Source: Callorhinchus milii
Taxonomy: Eukaryota
Direction of reading: 5' to 3'
Length of the DNA stretch: 64,000 nt
Assembly (NCBI RefSeq): GCF_018977255.1
Contig: NW_024704743.1
Span: 23,190,001-23,254,000 of the forward strand
The notes beneath the pieces are model-generated. The model was not told where the DNA came from. It made no database searches and worked only from the letters and a program-made list of their open reading frames with translations. Made by a program: the position numbers and the translations under genes. This document shows, piece by piece, positions 36,170 through 49,920 of this stretch; position 1 is the first letter of the stretch, and each line of letters opens with the position of its first letter.

Positions 36170-39010
36170 GCCCTGACAGCCGCTGGCACTGCCATCCTGA
36201 CCAAGACTTGGGAGGCTGAGCCTGAGGGCTGATGCCGTCTCGCTGACCTCTCGCTCACGGTCTCTGCGTGCACGTTTTGGCTGCCGCCCCGACCTGAGCC
36301 TATCCTCCATTCTAAATATCTCTCCTCCCACCCCCCCTCTATCCGCTACTCCCCCTCTGTCCTTCTCTCCCACCGCCCTCCTCGCCTTCTCTCTCTCCTC
36401 GACCCATCACCACTTCCCTCTGCTCCCGCCTGGGCATACTCCGCCGGGCCCATCGTGGCTCCCAGCACTGGTTGTCCCAGAGGAGCAACCCCATGCACCC
36501 AATGATTCACTCCCTCCGCTCAAACCGCCTCCTTAAGGCAAACCAAACTCCCCCTTCCCTCATACGTACCATCCCCAACTCTCCACTCACACCACTCTCC
36601 ACAACCATCTCTCCCAAAAGCCTCCCCTCCAGGCTATACCTTCCACCACACCCCCCGTCCAAACCAACGTGGCGGTGGGGTGGCCTTCATTTCCAAAGCC
36701 TCCCTTGGTCTCACCTCCTACTCCTCTGGCTGCTTCCCCTCCTTCGAGCACCTCACCTTCTTCCACCCCTCTCTCCGATTGAAAATCCTCCTTGTCTATC
36801 GCCCCTCTAAGGCCCCCGGCTCCTTCCACACAGACATCTCTACTTTCCTCTCTTCCCTGTCTCTCTGCTCCGAATGCTTGCTCATAATTGGCGACTTCAA
36901 CCTCCACCTAAACTCCCCTTGCACCAGTTCTGCCGATTTCACTGCCCTCCTCTCCTCCCTAAACCTTATCCTTCATATAAACTCACCCACCCACAACAGT
37001 GGTCATGCACTTGATCTTGTCATCACCCATGGCCTTGACGTGTCCGACCTCATCATCGTGGACAAGACCATTTTGGACCACTTTTTCATCTCCTTCTCCT
37101 CTCACATTCCTCTCTCCTCCACCAAGCCCTCAACCATCCTCTACCGCCCTTGGAAAAGGCTATCCCTGAGACCCACACAAAGGCCCTCCTATCATAAAAC
37201 ATCCTATCCCTCTGGCCTTCCACCCACAGAGATGCTGAAGCAGCCGTCCAGCTGCTCCATGATCGCCTTTCTTCCACCTTCAACTCCCTCGTCCACCTAA
37301 AATCCAGCACCATCTCCAAACCCACCCGATCCCCCGGTACAAAAACCATCTCCGCCGCCAAAAAACCCACACCTGTCGGCTCGAGCACAGATGGCGGAAA
37401 ATTGACCTGACAGTTCACCGCCAACTGTGGCTCGAGCATCTCCACAGCTACCTTTGTTCTTTGACAAGCGCAAAAATGGCCTTCTACTCCAACATTATCT
37501 TGGAGGCTAAACGCAATCCTAAAATCCTTTCTTCCACCACCCACTACCTCCTCCGTGCTTCCCTTCCGGCTTCCTCAATCTTCGTATCAAATGCCAAGTG
37601 CGAGGAGGTCATGGACTTCTTTTCATCTAAAATACTTAACATCCGCCAGGCAGCCTCATCCTCCTGCCTCTTGTCACCCGCCACCATGCCCTCTCTGCTC
37701 CCCTCACCTTCCTCATCATCTGCTCCTACCACCACCCCCATTCTACATTCCTTCCTCCCCAACTCTCCCTCCTCCCTCTCACCCACCATCATCTCCATGA
37801 AACCCACCACCTGCTGCCTCGACCCCCTCCCCACCAATTTACTGGTCACCCAGCTCCCCCTCCTCTGCCCACTACTGGCTGACATCATCAACCAGTCCCT
37901 CTCCTCTAGATCAGTCACTGCCTTCCTCAAAACTGCTGTCATCACCCACCACCCTCCTGAAAAAACTCTCCTTAGATCTCTCAAACCCCAGCAACTTCCA
38001 TCCTATTTCTATCCTGCCCTTCCTCGCAACAGTTCTAAAAGTGCTGTTGCCAACCAACTTCGCGCACACCTCTCCTCCCACTCCCTCTTCGAACCCCTCC
38101 AGTCCGGTTTCCGCCCAGCCCACAGTACAGAGACTGCGCTTGTGAAAGTCACAAACCACATCCTCTCTATCTGTGAGCAGGGCTCCCTCTGCCTCCTTGT
38201 CCTCCTGGACCTCTCCGTCGAATTCGACACAGTCAATCACGCCATCCTCCTCCACCACTTCTCCTCTGTCATCCACCTCAGTGGGACCGCACTCGCCTGG
38301 TTCGAGTCCTACCTCACAAACCGCCAGCAGTACATCTGCACAAACGGCTTCTCCTCCCGCTCTCACCCGGTCACCTGCAGGGTACCCCAAGGATCCATCC
38401 TTGGCCCCCTCCTCTTTCTGATCTATATGCTCCCTCTTGGGGATGTCATGCACAGACATGGGGTACACTTCCACATGTATGCAGATGATACCCAACTCTA
38501 TTTTTCCACCTCTCTTTGCGACCCCCAGTCCCCTGATATTCTCTCAGCCTGCCTGTCAGATCTCAGGGGCTGGATGAGCACAAATTTCCTGGAGGAACAA
38601 AGGCAACGGCTACTGTTTTGAGGAGAGAGGAGTCCAGCCATGAGGTGACAAAGGCATGGACCAGGGTTTCAGCTGAACATTGACAAGACAGAAGCCATAC
38701 TCTTTGGTTCTCGTCAACATCTAAAATCTCACGGCTCTCACCTCTTGCACCTACCTGACCTCCCCCTAATATTCTCCGAACCTGTACACAACCTAGTCGT
38801 CAGGTTCAACCCCCCAATTATTCTTCCTCCCTCACATCCAGTCCCTCACCAGCACCACTTTCTTCCACCTCCAATGCATTGCCCTTCTTTGCCAATACCT
38901 CACTCCAAAGCCCCTGAAACCCTGGTCCATGCCTTTGTCACCTCATGGCTGGACTCCTCTCTCCTCAAAACAGTAGCCGTTGCCTTTGTTCCTCCGGGTC
39001 TGGCCTCCTC
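36170..39010 (+). mobile_element. Near-full-length decayed L2 LINE (EN and RT), 3' end deleted/rearranged
   Basis: VYRP...LIIGDFNLH...PTHNSGHALDLVIT (EN, 36680-37300); QSGFRPAHSTETALVKV, VPQGSILGPLLFLIYMLPLG, HMYADDTQLY (RT, 37461-38621). Confidence 0.95.
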
Positions 39011-40774
39011 CTCGTCCCCCGAGTCCTCCGCTTTACCCCTATCTCCCTTAATTACCAATTTCAAGTACAAGTTCAGCAATGCTAAAGTCCTTATTGCTTC
39101 TGTGATATAGATTCTCTTAAAGTGCAAGGTGTAATGCAACCTTTTTTTTTGCAGGCTGTCTATTTTTCACAGCTTTCAACAATAACTTTCAAACTTCAAT
39201 AAAATTCCATTACTTCTTTGGGGTTTCATTTGGTACAACTTGAGTTGTGCTCCTATAAAATCTATACAATTAGTGAGGAGACCATTATTTCAGAGCAGGG
39301 CAAGCTGTGTAGGTGACGGAGAAGCCAGTATCCATTTGTCTTGCAGTGCAGACACTGGCAGATTTTGTAAATGGCATACAGCTCCCCTATGATACGTTTG
39401 TGATACCTGTATTATACACATTTCAATGTCAGCCTTGTCACAAAGCTTTCAGATGCTGCAATTCTGTCACACTACAGTGATTGAAACGTATTTGCTGTGT
39501 ACCTTCTCTGGGTCAAATTAAACTTGTCTACAGTCAGTTTATCAAAATTTTCACTTAACTGTTTCGTACAGCCAAGGCGAGAGGATGTTAAACTGGGACT
39601 CTGGGTTGTTGGCATAAACTTTCAGCACCTTGCTTAACATGTTTGCAAAGTATCTGTTGCCACTGGTGCGGTCAGTGTGCTATGGGGAATATTTACCTCG
39701 AGGTTCTGCACTAAAGACTTTGATGCTATCAGTGTCCTGTCACCAAACAATGCTTTGGACAGACAGTGCTGTCTAATTTCAGCACAGTGTGGAGACAAAG
39801 GCTTTAAAATACTGAAAAATCAAGCTGCTCTTTATCCATTAAAATTTGTGTTGACATGCATAAGGTCTTTCTCTGTTGCTCAGAAAGATTTGATGTATAA
39901 TTAAAATGCATTTTATGGCAATAAGTTCAGTAATTATCACTGATAATAATTATCACATCTGTTATAAAATGCTGCATTTTCCTCCAAGTAGATGATATTT
40001 TTGTATTGAATTTTCAAATTATTGGAATTTGATCAGGCTTTGAGCAGAGTAACTAAAGAAAACATGAACACGAGGTACAGTCAGACTAGAAATTCTCAGC
40101 CAGAATTCAAAAGACCACCTCTTGAACTCTATGTAATATATACCCAGACTTCAACCATTGATCGATGGCTAGGTTTGAATTCAAGGCTAACACACATCAC
40201 TTTGACACACTTCTCCTTAGTCTATGAAAAACAATGAGTGAAGACAGAAGAGATTAACTAGGGTGGAACTGATTGTCTCGAAGCTCAAGTGCATTAACTG
40301 GCCATATCATTAAGTATTGGTTTATACATTCACCGCTACAATGTCTACACTATCATTACAGTATGGAAATACTTGGTTAATACATGAGCCACAAAAAAGA
40401 TTACCTTTCAGCCAAGTTATTCAATTAAATGAATAACTAATTCAACTAATCTTCACCATAGCCTGCTTGACTGCCACAATATATTTTATTTTGCACAGCA
40501 ACATTGCTCGGTTAGCTCCCAAAGAGTAACCATTTCTGATCCATTGCTTGTAAACTCAACAATGGCAAGTTTGTCAACAATATTGAAATGATGATAATAA
40601 CATAATAATAATCCTTGCATTTGATATAGTGCTTTTCACGTCTTCTAGATCTATCAAAGAATGTACTGTAAAATGAATTGACTGTATATTTGTGGGTGAA
40701 ACGTGGCAGCCAATTACACACAATAATAAGAATTGACTTCATAAATAGAGACATAAGAAGAACAAGAATGTTAT

Positions 40775-41205
40775 GTGGAACCTTTACAAATTATTGGTTA
40801 GGCCTCAGCTGGAGGACCACAATTTAGGAAGGATGTCAGGGCCTTGGAGAAGATGTTGAGAAGATTTACAAGAATGATACCAGAGATGAAGGACTATAAT
40901 TATGTGGAGAGACTAGAAATTCTGTGATTTCTCCCTAGAGCAGAGAAGTTTGAGGGGAGATTTAATAGAGGTGTTCAAAATTATGAGGGGTTTTGACAGA
41001 GTAGATAGGGAAAAACTGTTTCCTCTGGCAGGTGAGTTGTTAACCAGAGGACACTGATTTAAAGTAGTTGGCAAAAGACCAGAGGGGAGACGAGAAGAAT
41101 TTTTTTTACCCAGGGAGTTGTTACGGTCTGGAATGCACTGCTTGAAAGGGTGGTGGAAGCAGATTCAATGATAGCTTTTCAGAACGGAGTTAGATAGGTA
41201 CTTAA
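40775..41205 (+). mobile_element. CR1 3' ORF2 fragment
   Basis: LVRPQLE, LRGDLIEVFKIMRGFDRVDREKLF and TRGH-like sequence. Confidence 0.8.
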
Positions 41206-43256
41206 AAACAACAATACCAAAATTACATTTGTATGGTGCCTTTCGCGTCAGGAGGACGTCCCAAAGCACTGAAGGAAGAATTCTATAATGGGGGGGAAAC
41301 GCAATTTGACAATTAGAAAATTTAGTTGAAACCTGTCCTTGAAACCTTCAATTAACAGCAAATTTTTGAATTGGCCCCCTCCACTATTTATAGGAGTTTG
41401 CTTACCCAGCGATGCTGAAGATAGAGTATTAGTGCCACCTTTCTTTAGCTAATGAGGAGTGGTTCCTCCTTTATTCCTGAGACTCAGGAGTAGTGTTTTA
41501 GTGCTTAGCCAGACACTGCCTTTTTAATTAAAACAACTATTGGGGATGATCATGCAGTTTTGGAGTTATAATGGAGTACCTAACAGCAATGTATATTTAC
41601 AATATAAGAAAGAACTGATTGTGAATTATTGTGAAGAATGTGTAAAGTACCGGAATGAAAAATCACCATTAGGTTTCATAAAACTGCAGTAGCCAATGAC
41701 AGATGCACAGTAGAAATACTTCTGTCGCAATTTAACAAGAATAATAGGCATTAATTGACATGAATGAGCAAATGCAGATGTTACACGTCGTCATACAATG
41801 CTTGTACAATATGGTTTAGTATGGCTTGGAATTGTGTTTGTTACTTTTTTATTCAATGAAAAGTTTCTTTTGGCAGTTGTCACAATGCTGATGAAAAGTT
41901 TTGCAAGTGCCACTTTGAGATGAGACAACAAAACCGACTTGTATCATGTAGAGTCATACCTCAGGGCACTCACTGAAATACACTGAGCTGAGCAGCTTTC
42001 AAAAATTTAAGGCAGCTTTCAAAGATTGATAGAGAGGGTTGAGAGGGAGGGGTAGAGGCAATGTGGCTGTGTGGTCAGCCGGCAACAGGGCAGAGGTGCA
42101 TGGGACAAACATAAGGGCTGAGGTTGTTGAGTGGAGTGCGGGGGGTGGGGTGCAAGGCGGGGGTTTGGAGATGGGAAGGTAGGAGAAGAGGAGAAGAGTG
42201 AAGTTGGAGAAGACCCCACTGTTAGGCAGGTGTGAAGGCGTGAGATCGATCTAGTAGGGAGATGGGGAGCCAGTGGAGCCTGGCAACCAAAGGGATGATG
42301 GGCAAAGCCAAACTATTCTTGTGAATTTGTCTGCTGCACTTTAGCATTGTTATAGTTGCAAGAATATATTGCATATTATTAGCATAATCAAGGTAATATA
42401 AGTACAAGCAAATTTTGATTCAATTGATTCATTGTATCTGAGAGCTTTATGAATAATGTATAAAAAATGCACATTTTATGAAAAGTATTATTTATACTAC
42501 GTAGACTTGTGATGCTAACATTATGCTACAGTTAAGGAACGTCTAACTAAATCATTTCATCTACTTGAAAGTGTTAAAAAAATGCATAAAATGACATTAA
42601 AATCTATTGCCTACACAGTTCTGCTTGCAGAATAGTCCCATCAGTACAGAATGCAGAAACTTGCTTACAGTGAAGAAAATATTCGAAGATTTATAGTCGT
42701 TGGGTTCAGCGATATGAGGAACTTCATGATCATGAAATATTTAAAGTTTTGAGATAGTAATTCAGCATTAACGTATATTATATAGTAAAACAGGAACATT
42801 TTGTGCTTTTATGCAGCACAAATCACAGGCATTTTACGCGCCATTCATATTGCCAGTTTTCTTAAAGATTTTGAAAACTGCTCTGGAGTTTTAGAAATTA
42901 TACATTGTTAATTGCAGACAAATGGCTCTATTCAAAGTATGCTCTGCACTAGCATGGGGAAACTAAAGAAGTGAGGGAAAACAAGTAAGTGAGTTTTTTT
43001 CTGTGCTTCAGTGAATGTAGAATTTATGCTTAAATCTCATATGTTCAGATCTTTTTTTGCTGGTCAGCCATTTCACTTTCCAGTTAGGTCCAACACCTTC
43101 TAAGTCTTGAAATATCCATTCACCTCCACTCTTACATGATGGGTTGAATGGCCTTCGTCTGTACTATAAATTTCTATGGTTATAATTTCTTGCTGGTAAC
43201 TCTACCACCACAGAATATGTATGCACTTTCAGTCAGTTCACTTTTTGATGACTAAT

Positions 43257-43600
43257 AGAAACAAAGAAACAGGAGGAGCCCATTCAGCCCCTCTAGCCTT
43301 TTCTGCCATTCTATAAGATCATGGCTGAATCTGTACCTCAACACCAATTACCTGCCCTTGCCCCATATCACTTGATACGCTGACCTAACAAATATCTCTC
43401 TACCTTAGTCATAAAAATGTGAATGGATCCAGCATCCACAGCCTTTTGGGGAGAGGGTTCCAGATTTCCACAAACCTTTGGGTGAAAAAGTATCTTCTGA
43501 TTTCACTCCTAAATGGCCTATCTCCAATTTTAAGATTATGTCCCCTTATTCTGGATTCGCCCATGAAATTGTTTCTCTGTATCTACCCTATCAAATCCCT
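43257..43600 (-). mobile_element. CR1 3' end
   Basis: Reverse complement homologous to 59170-59510. Confidence 0.8.
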
Positions 43601-43602
43601 TT

Positions 43603-44215
43603 ACAACAACAACAACAAGATTCCATTTATAGAGCGCCTTTCACGTCGGGAGTACGTCCAAAGGCGCTGGACAGTTGGGTCAGGACCTGAGCCTTGGGGG
43701 GAAAATGGTCAGGGAGAGGGGAGGGAAGGGAGAGAGTGAGGAGGGGAGGGAAGGGAGGGAGCGAGGAGGGGGTAGAGAGTCGAGAGGGGAGCTGAAGGCA
43801 CCGTCAAAGAGAAAGGTCTTGAGACCGGCCTTGAAGGAGGAAAGGGAGGAGGCGGGGAAGGCACTGGGGGATGGAGTTCCAGAGCCTCGGGGCTGAGAGG
43901 CTGAAGGCCCGGCCACCGATGGTAGGGCGGTTGGGGCGGGGGATGTAGAGCAGACCGGAGCCAGAGGAACGGAAGGTACGGGCGGGTAGATAGGGGGATA
44001 GTAGGTCGGAGAGGTAGGAGGGAGCGAGGCCGTGAATGGCCTTGTAGGTGAGGATGAGGATCTTGAATTCGATCCTCTGGGGGATGGGGAGCCAGTGGAG
44101 GCGAGCGAGGGTGGGAGTGATGTGGTCCCGAAGCCTGGTGCGGGACAGTACACGAGCTGCAGAGTTCTGAATGACCTGCAGCTTGTGGAGGGAGGTGCCG
44201 GGAAGGCCGGCGAGG
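43603..44215 (-). mobile_element. Young 5'-truncated L2
   Basis: [23 protein letters not shown]...[42 protein letters not shown]...APRLWNSIP; (TTG)n tail. Confidence 0.93.
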
Positions 44216-44679
44216 ATTATTATTATTATGTGTAGATTTTTCAAACCATCTTGTACTGTTCAGGGCTACTTGTGGAGTAGGTTGCCAAGGTGATATATTC
44301 TCTTGACACAATACACATAAAAGAGATGTAAACAGTGAACATGACTTCTGCAGGTAACATATATGGTGCCTGGCTTCCACTAATTCATTAGATATTGGTT
44401 GGGTTGATGATGCTTTTTCCAGCCATGAGTAGCTTCTCTCTATTGTTCATTTCTAATTGATAGGAGCTCATTAATCTCATTAACTAGGCTATCAGAGGGC
44501 ATCTGACGTGCCAGAATGCTGGAGGTTTCTGGGATCGATGGACCCCTATTCCTGAATATTTGAATGTTACTGAACCGTGAAGTATCATGGATGAATTTTT
44601 CTTGACATAAGAATGATGCCTCATGGGAATATATATATACAGTTGCTAAGCTTTGGCAGTGAGAAACATATATTTACAT

Positions 44680-44825
44680 AGGTACTTGAAAAGGAAAAAT
44701 TTGCAAGGATATGGGGAAAAAGCGGGACAATGGGACTGATTGGGTAGCTCTTTCAAAGAGCTGGCACAGACATGATGGACTGAATGGCCTCCTTCTGTGC
44801 TGTATGATTCTATAATTCTATGATT
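44680..44825 (+). mobile_element. CR1 3' terminus with attct-type repeat tail
   Basis: gatggactgaatggcctccttctgtgctgtatgattctataattctatgatt. Confidence 0.75.
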
Positions 44826-45502
44826 TGTTATGGATCATTAGATTCTGTTAAGTTGACTATCATTCTGTTTTATTTTATAATTTGCTTATAATGTAAGTTG
44901 CTTAACAATTGTATACATCTTTAAATGAAATTCTGCTGAGAACTGTCGTATCCTTGATAGAAATGAATAGTATCTGCTTTTCCCATATCTATTGTCCTTG
45001 TGTAGTTATGTTGAAAATAGATATGTAACTATAGAGGCTTTGTTATGCAGTGGTGGGAGGGAATGTATTGATGGTTTGAAACCCTGAGAAACAGTAGTAG
45101 CAGGAGTAACGAGTGTGAATTGTTTGAAGTCTTTGTTCTCTTAAGTAAAGTATAGCATAGGTTGATGGTCAGGGGATAACATTTGATGAAAATAGCTGCT
45201 TGTAAGAAATGTTTGGCAAATGAAAATTGCAATTTGATTGTAAAGTGATGATGGATTAAAGGTGGAACGTTGAGTATAAGATAAGAAACATCTTGTGAAA
45301 GTGGTATAACTATTGGTCGCTAACTAGCATAAAGTTGAAACAGCCCCTAGAGGATAGAAGATAATAATGACGCTGTATCGTTAAATATACCTTTCTGTAC
45401 ATGTACATCACTATATAAAGGTTTCTTGAATAAAGCATACATTATTATTGACGGAGCACCTATTTCTGTGAGTTTGATTATTGCAGTGTCTGAAAACCCA
45501 CA
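44826..45502 (+). mobile_element. Probable solo LTR (~677 bp; ERV- or Gypsy-type)
   Basis: TGT...ACA termini; flanks tgatt/agatt (4 of 5 match, TSD-like); tatataaa at 45412 and aataaa at 45429. Confidence 0.55.
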
Positions 45503-45934
45503 AGATTATAAATTAATAGTTTTATATAAATTAAATATAATACAGAATTGACATAATGCAATCAACCACCAAACTATCTCGTAAACCGTTAAATCTTTCA
45601 AAATGTTGGCAACTTATTCATTCAACATTCAACTCTGGGAATTTGGGGTCAATATCTTGGTTTTAAAACTGCATATTACTGATATGATTTTTTTTAATGA
45701 TATATGTGAATGGCACAAAGCATTCGGTGTTAATGGAATTGTATTATTTAATGGTAACATTCAACAATATATTTATGTAAGAAATCATGTGGTGAAGTTA
45801 GTTACATTCTACTTTTATACAAATATTTATCTGTTTATTTAATTTTCTACGGTCTTTAGTCCGTCATTTATTTTCACTGCTAATTTTACCCCATAATATT
45901 TAAAGTGTTTAATCCTTTCTCTATTGTCTTGAGG

Positions 45935-46262
45935 TCGGCATGGCTCAGTTGGTAGTAATATTGCTCTCCGAGTTAGAAGAATGTGGGTTCAAACCCGAAG
46001 TCGGCACTTTGAGCTCATAGACGAAACTGACACTCACGTGTAGGGCGAGGGATGTGCTGCGAGAGAGGTACCTTCCTTCAGATGAAATGTCAAAGATTCC
46101 ATAGCACTATTTGAAAAGAGAAGGAAGTATCTGCTGGTGTCCTGACCACCAATCAATCCGATACAAATCCATTTCATGGCTATTTGTGAGACACTGCTTA
46201 CACAAGTTGACTACAAATACAAGGTCACTACCCTTTATAGTAAATCCTGGGAGGTGCTTTGA
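45935..46262 (+). mobile_element. DeuSINE family B, diverged
   Basis: tggctcagttggtagt...gtgggttcaaacc head and Deu body. Confidence 0.7.
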
Positions 46263-46264
46263 GT

Positions 46265-46700
46265 TAATAATAATAATCCTTGCAATTGATACAGTGCCTT
46301 ATCACATTGTCGCGATGTATCAAAGAGCTTCACGGGATACACTGTAAAGTGGAATGACTGTTTTTTTTGTGGGCAAAACATGACAGCCAGCTACGCACAG
46401 CAATGTCCCACAAATAGCCATGGAGTGAGTGACCAATTTTGTTTGGGGGATTTGTTGCCGGAATATCGGGAGAAACTCCCTTCTCTTTTCAAATAGTGCC
46501 ACCGATCTTTAACATCCATTTGAACAGGCAGACGGGACCTCGGTCTAACATCTCATCCAAAGACCTCCGACAATGCAGCAAACCCCTAGTACAACATTGG
46601 AGTTTCAGCTTAGACTATGTGATTCCAAGTCCCAGTGTGGGACTTGAACCCACAACCTTCTGACTCTGAAACGGGAGTGCTACCATTGAGCCAGGTTGAC
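46265..46700 (-). mobile_element. DeuSINE family B, full length, tail-to-tail with the previous copy
   Basis: Homologous to 16480-16885. Confidence 0.8.
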
Positions 46701-48429
46701 AAATAATGTCAGATATCCTCCCTGAAATGAAAGGTGCTTTATCAAATATAAGTATTATTATCCCAGGAAAGTTCTTTTGTGACTGGATTGATCTATTATG
46801 TTTAAGATAATTTGGGTTCCACAGGCTAAGACTATGTGTATTTGGGCCTAGTATTTTGTGTTGAAGAAATCCTACTTTCCACTGAACTAGAACCAACTCT
46901 ATAACACATTCTAATCCAACACGAGGGCTGATATAATGTTCTTCTTTATATAATTTGTCTATGGGTAAAGAACCACTCTAGACATCTCTTTTAATAAACA
47001 TAATACAGAAAATTCTAATCATAGTCAAAGGATTTTTCCAATGAAGTATATAAATTGCAAGTAGTTGTTGTATATTCCTGTCGATATTGTTGTGCTTATT
47101 GTGTTTATTACAATATCAGCAGTTCTTATGTGATTAAAATATATTAATGACAACATCAACAGTGCAAGAAAACTGCCAATAATACTTCATAATGTAATAT
47201 TTCAGTAAGTTTTCTTCCATTGCTGGGCACATCAACCCCCAACTCATCTGCAAACCCTTGACTGTCCAACGCCTTGGGAATTCCTCCTGACATGAAAGGA
47301 GATATATAAATGCAATTTGTTGTTAAAGCGGAGTGGGTGAAATGAATGCAGGCTGGAAATAAAATGTTAAAACAATGATGGAAAAACGACAAACCTACTA
47401 CAGAAAGAGGTAGCATACCAAGAGGGAAGGGTTTATAAGCACATTATCCTGCAAACCAGACAGCTGTGTGAAGCTCCTCAGCACAAATTAAACGTCCACA
47501 CCTTTGGCAACTTCATCTGCCTGTCAGATTTTAGATAGAGATAACTCTGAGCGTGCTATGCCTAACCTGCTTAAAAGGCTTAACGGAGAGAGACATGAGC
47601 GATTGAAAGAAAAAAAACAAGCAAAGAGTCACCAATCTAATTAAGCTGCATTGTTCGCGTGCACAATAAGATAAATAACCCACCATTTGTAGTAATTAGC
47701 TATTTATCTGCACTGTATTACTTCACACATTGGACTGCACACTGAAAACAAAGGAATATTATGAGTTCATCTGGAGGGACGGGGGAAGGGGGAGGGCAAT
47801 ATATTAAATTCTCTTCTGACTGCAGGATATTAATATCTCAAGTGGTGGGAAGGACAAGCAATAGCATGGATCCAGGGAGGAGCCTTGGGATATTGAACCC
47901 AATAAACCTTCCATGCACTTCAACACACAAAACTCAAAGTGTTATCCTGCAATGCCCTACGAACTACAATAATTGAAACTGACAACAATAAGTTGTCAAC
48001 AATATTGTACTGCGATCTGCCGAGTCCAGCACAGCTCACTTCTTGTGTCTCATATTGTCCAAATTGAGTAAGCCATCAAAAACCACCGTGAAAACAAATA
48101 AAAGCTAGGGGAAGAGATACATTGCTAAACGAATGGCAGAGCCATTCATAAACAGTCGGTGATTAGACATAGAATATTGCCCACGTAGATGTAGCTCCAA
48201 TAGAAATCCAGACGGTGAAAATGTGACTAGCATCAACCACTACCTGGGACACGCTCAAAGTGAACAGCAAACCTCATCAAATATTATGGCATTGTCTCAG
48301 CAGCAGCCATGCAGAGAATGGGAAGCAATGTGCAGTGAATTCTAAAGGAATTGTTTGATTAAGGAAATTGGATGTATGTCACACTAACTCACAGGAATAT
48401 TGTTCTGCCACAATAAGCTTTTGGACTGG

Positions 48430-48670
48430 AGATCCCCCTGGGGATGAAAGGTTACAGTTATGAGGAAATATTCGAGAGACAGAATCTGTTTTCATTGGAG
48501 CAGAGAAGGTTCAGGGGAGAACTGAGAGAGGCGTCCAAAAATTATGAAGGGTTTTGTAAGGCTTCATAGGGAGAAGTTATTTCTATTGATAGGAGAGTCA
48601 GTGACTGGGGGACTTAATTATAAGACAGCCACAAGAACAGTGAAAGGAGAATTCAGAATGATTTTTTTGC
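48430..48670 (+). mobile_element. CR1 3' ORF2 fragment
   Basis: PGMKGYSYEE...LFSLEQRRFRGE-like sequence. Confidence 0.7.
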
Positions 48671-49771
48671 TAGTTCAAAATGAACTTTGAGTATCAGCTG
48701 GACACTTTGGGGCTGGTAGACGTCACCAGGTGGCAGGTCAAGAACCCTGAGAGTTACCTGGAGAAGTGCACCATCTGCAAGGATTAAAACATCCATTACA
48801 TAAGTTAATAAAAACAAATACCTCATCTTTTTCTATGTTTGCTTTCATAGAAACACACCTTCGATTGTTCTTTATCCTTAGTCCATCATTCTTCATGTCC
48901 TCTTCCTTGTTCTTTGTCAAGTAGTACAAAGCTGTATGGAATGTGAAGGAGATGCCTTGTTTTGGAAGATGCTGTGTTCAAACAAGTCAGTTGCAGGGCA
49001 CAGGAGAATATTTTTGACACAGTCAACATATCAGATGATAACTGGTCAAATACTGTTATAGCACAGTTCAGAACTCACTCTGCAATGATTTAACAGGGCC
49101 ACATTCGTCTTATAAGTACTTGGGACTGAAATTGTGCTTGAAGTATTTTCCTCTCACAAATTGTGCTCCACTGAGCTTGGTGCCAATATAATTTTTGCTT
49201 CTGAATGTGTTAATTAGGGGGCAATAAAAGAGCTAATTTAACTCCATGTGTTATTCTTAACTCATTACCAGTGCTAATCACTAACATTATTAAGATCTCT
49301 CTTCAACAGTGTTTACCGCCGTAAAATAAACAAAGGAGTGTACAGTTCACAGGGTGAGGAAGAATGGCTCAGGAATATTGCCAAGATCAGGCATGTTGTG
49401 ACTTAGAGAAAGAGGATGAGAGGCCATTGTATGCATTTATAATTTATTGCTGCTAGTCCTGGCCAACAAATACCCCAATTAAAATTGGTCACTTATTCCA
49501 TGGCTGTCTGTGAGACATTGCTGTGCACAAACTGATTGCTGCATTTGCCCACAAAATGGCATCCTCCATTAATCCTCCGTTAATCCTCTTTACAATATAT
49601 CTTGTGAAGTATTTTGAGATGTCTTGATGATGTTTTAATGCGCTGTATCAAATATCAGGATTATTATTTTTTAAACAAATTTAAAGAGTATTATAGCTCA
49701 TGGAACTGGTTAGTGCCTCTGAGCGCTCTGAGATACTATCCTGAATGGAGGGCGCTATATAAGTGCAAGTT

Positions 49772-49920
49772 CATAGAATCATAGAATTATAGAATTATAG
49801 AATTATACAGCACGGAAGGAGGCCATTCGGCCCATCGTGTCTTGCCGGGTCTTTGAAAAGAGCTCTCCAAATCAATCCCACTCCCCCACTCTCTCCCCAT
49901 AGCCCTGCAAACTTGTCCTA
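49772..49920 (-). mobile_element. CR1 3' terminus with (atagaatt/c)n tail
   Basis: catagaatcatagaattatagaatt...acagcacggaaggaggccattcggcccatc. Confidence 0.8.

Noticed and set aside
37461..38621. 386-aa ORF as a host gene or active RT
   Set aside because: It is a frameshifted L2 RT fragment, interrupted by the inverted insertion.
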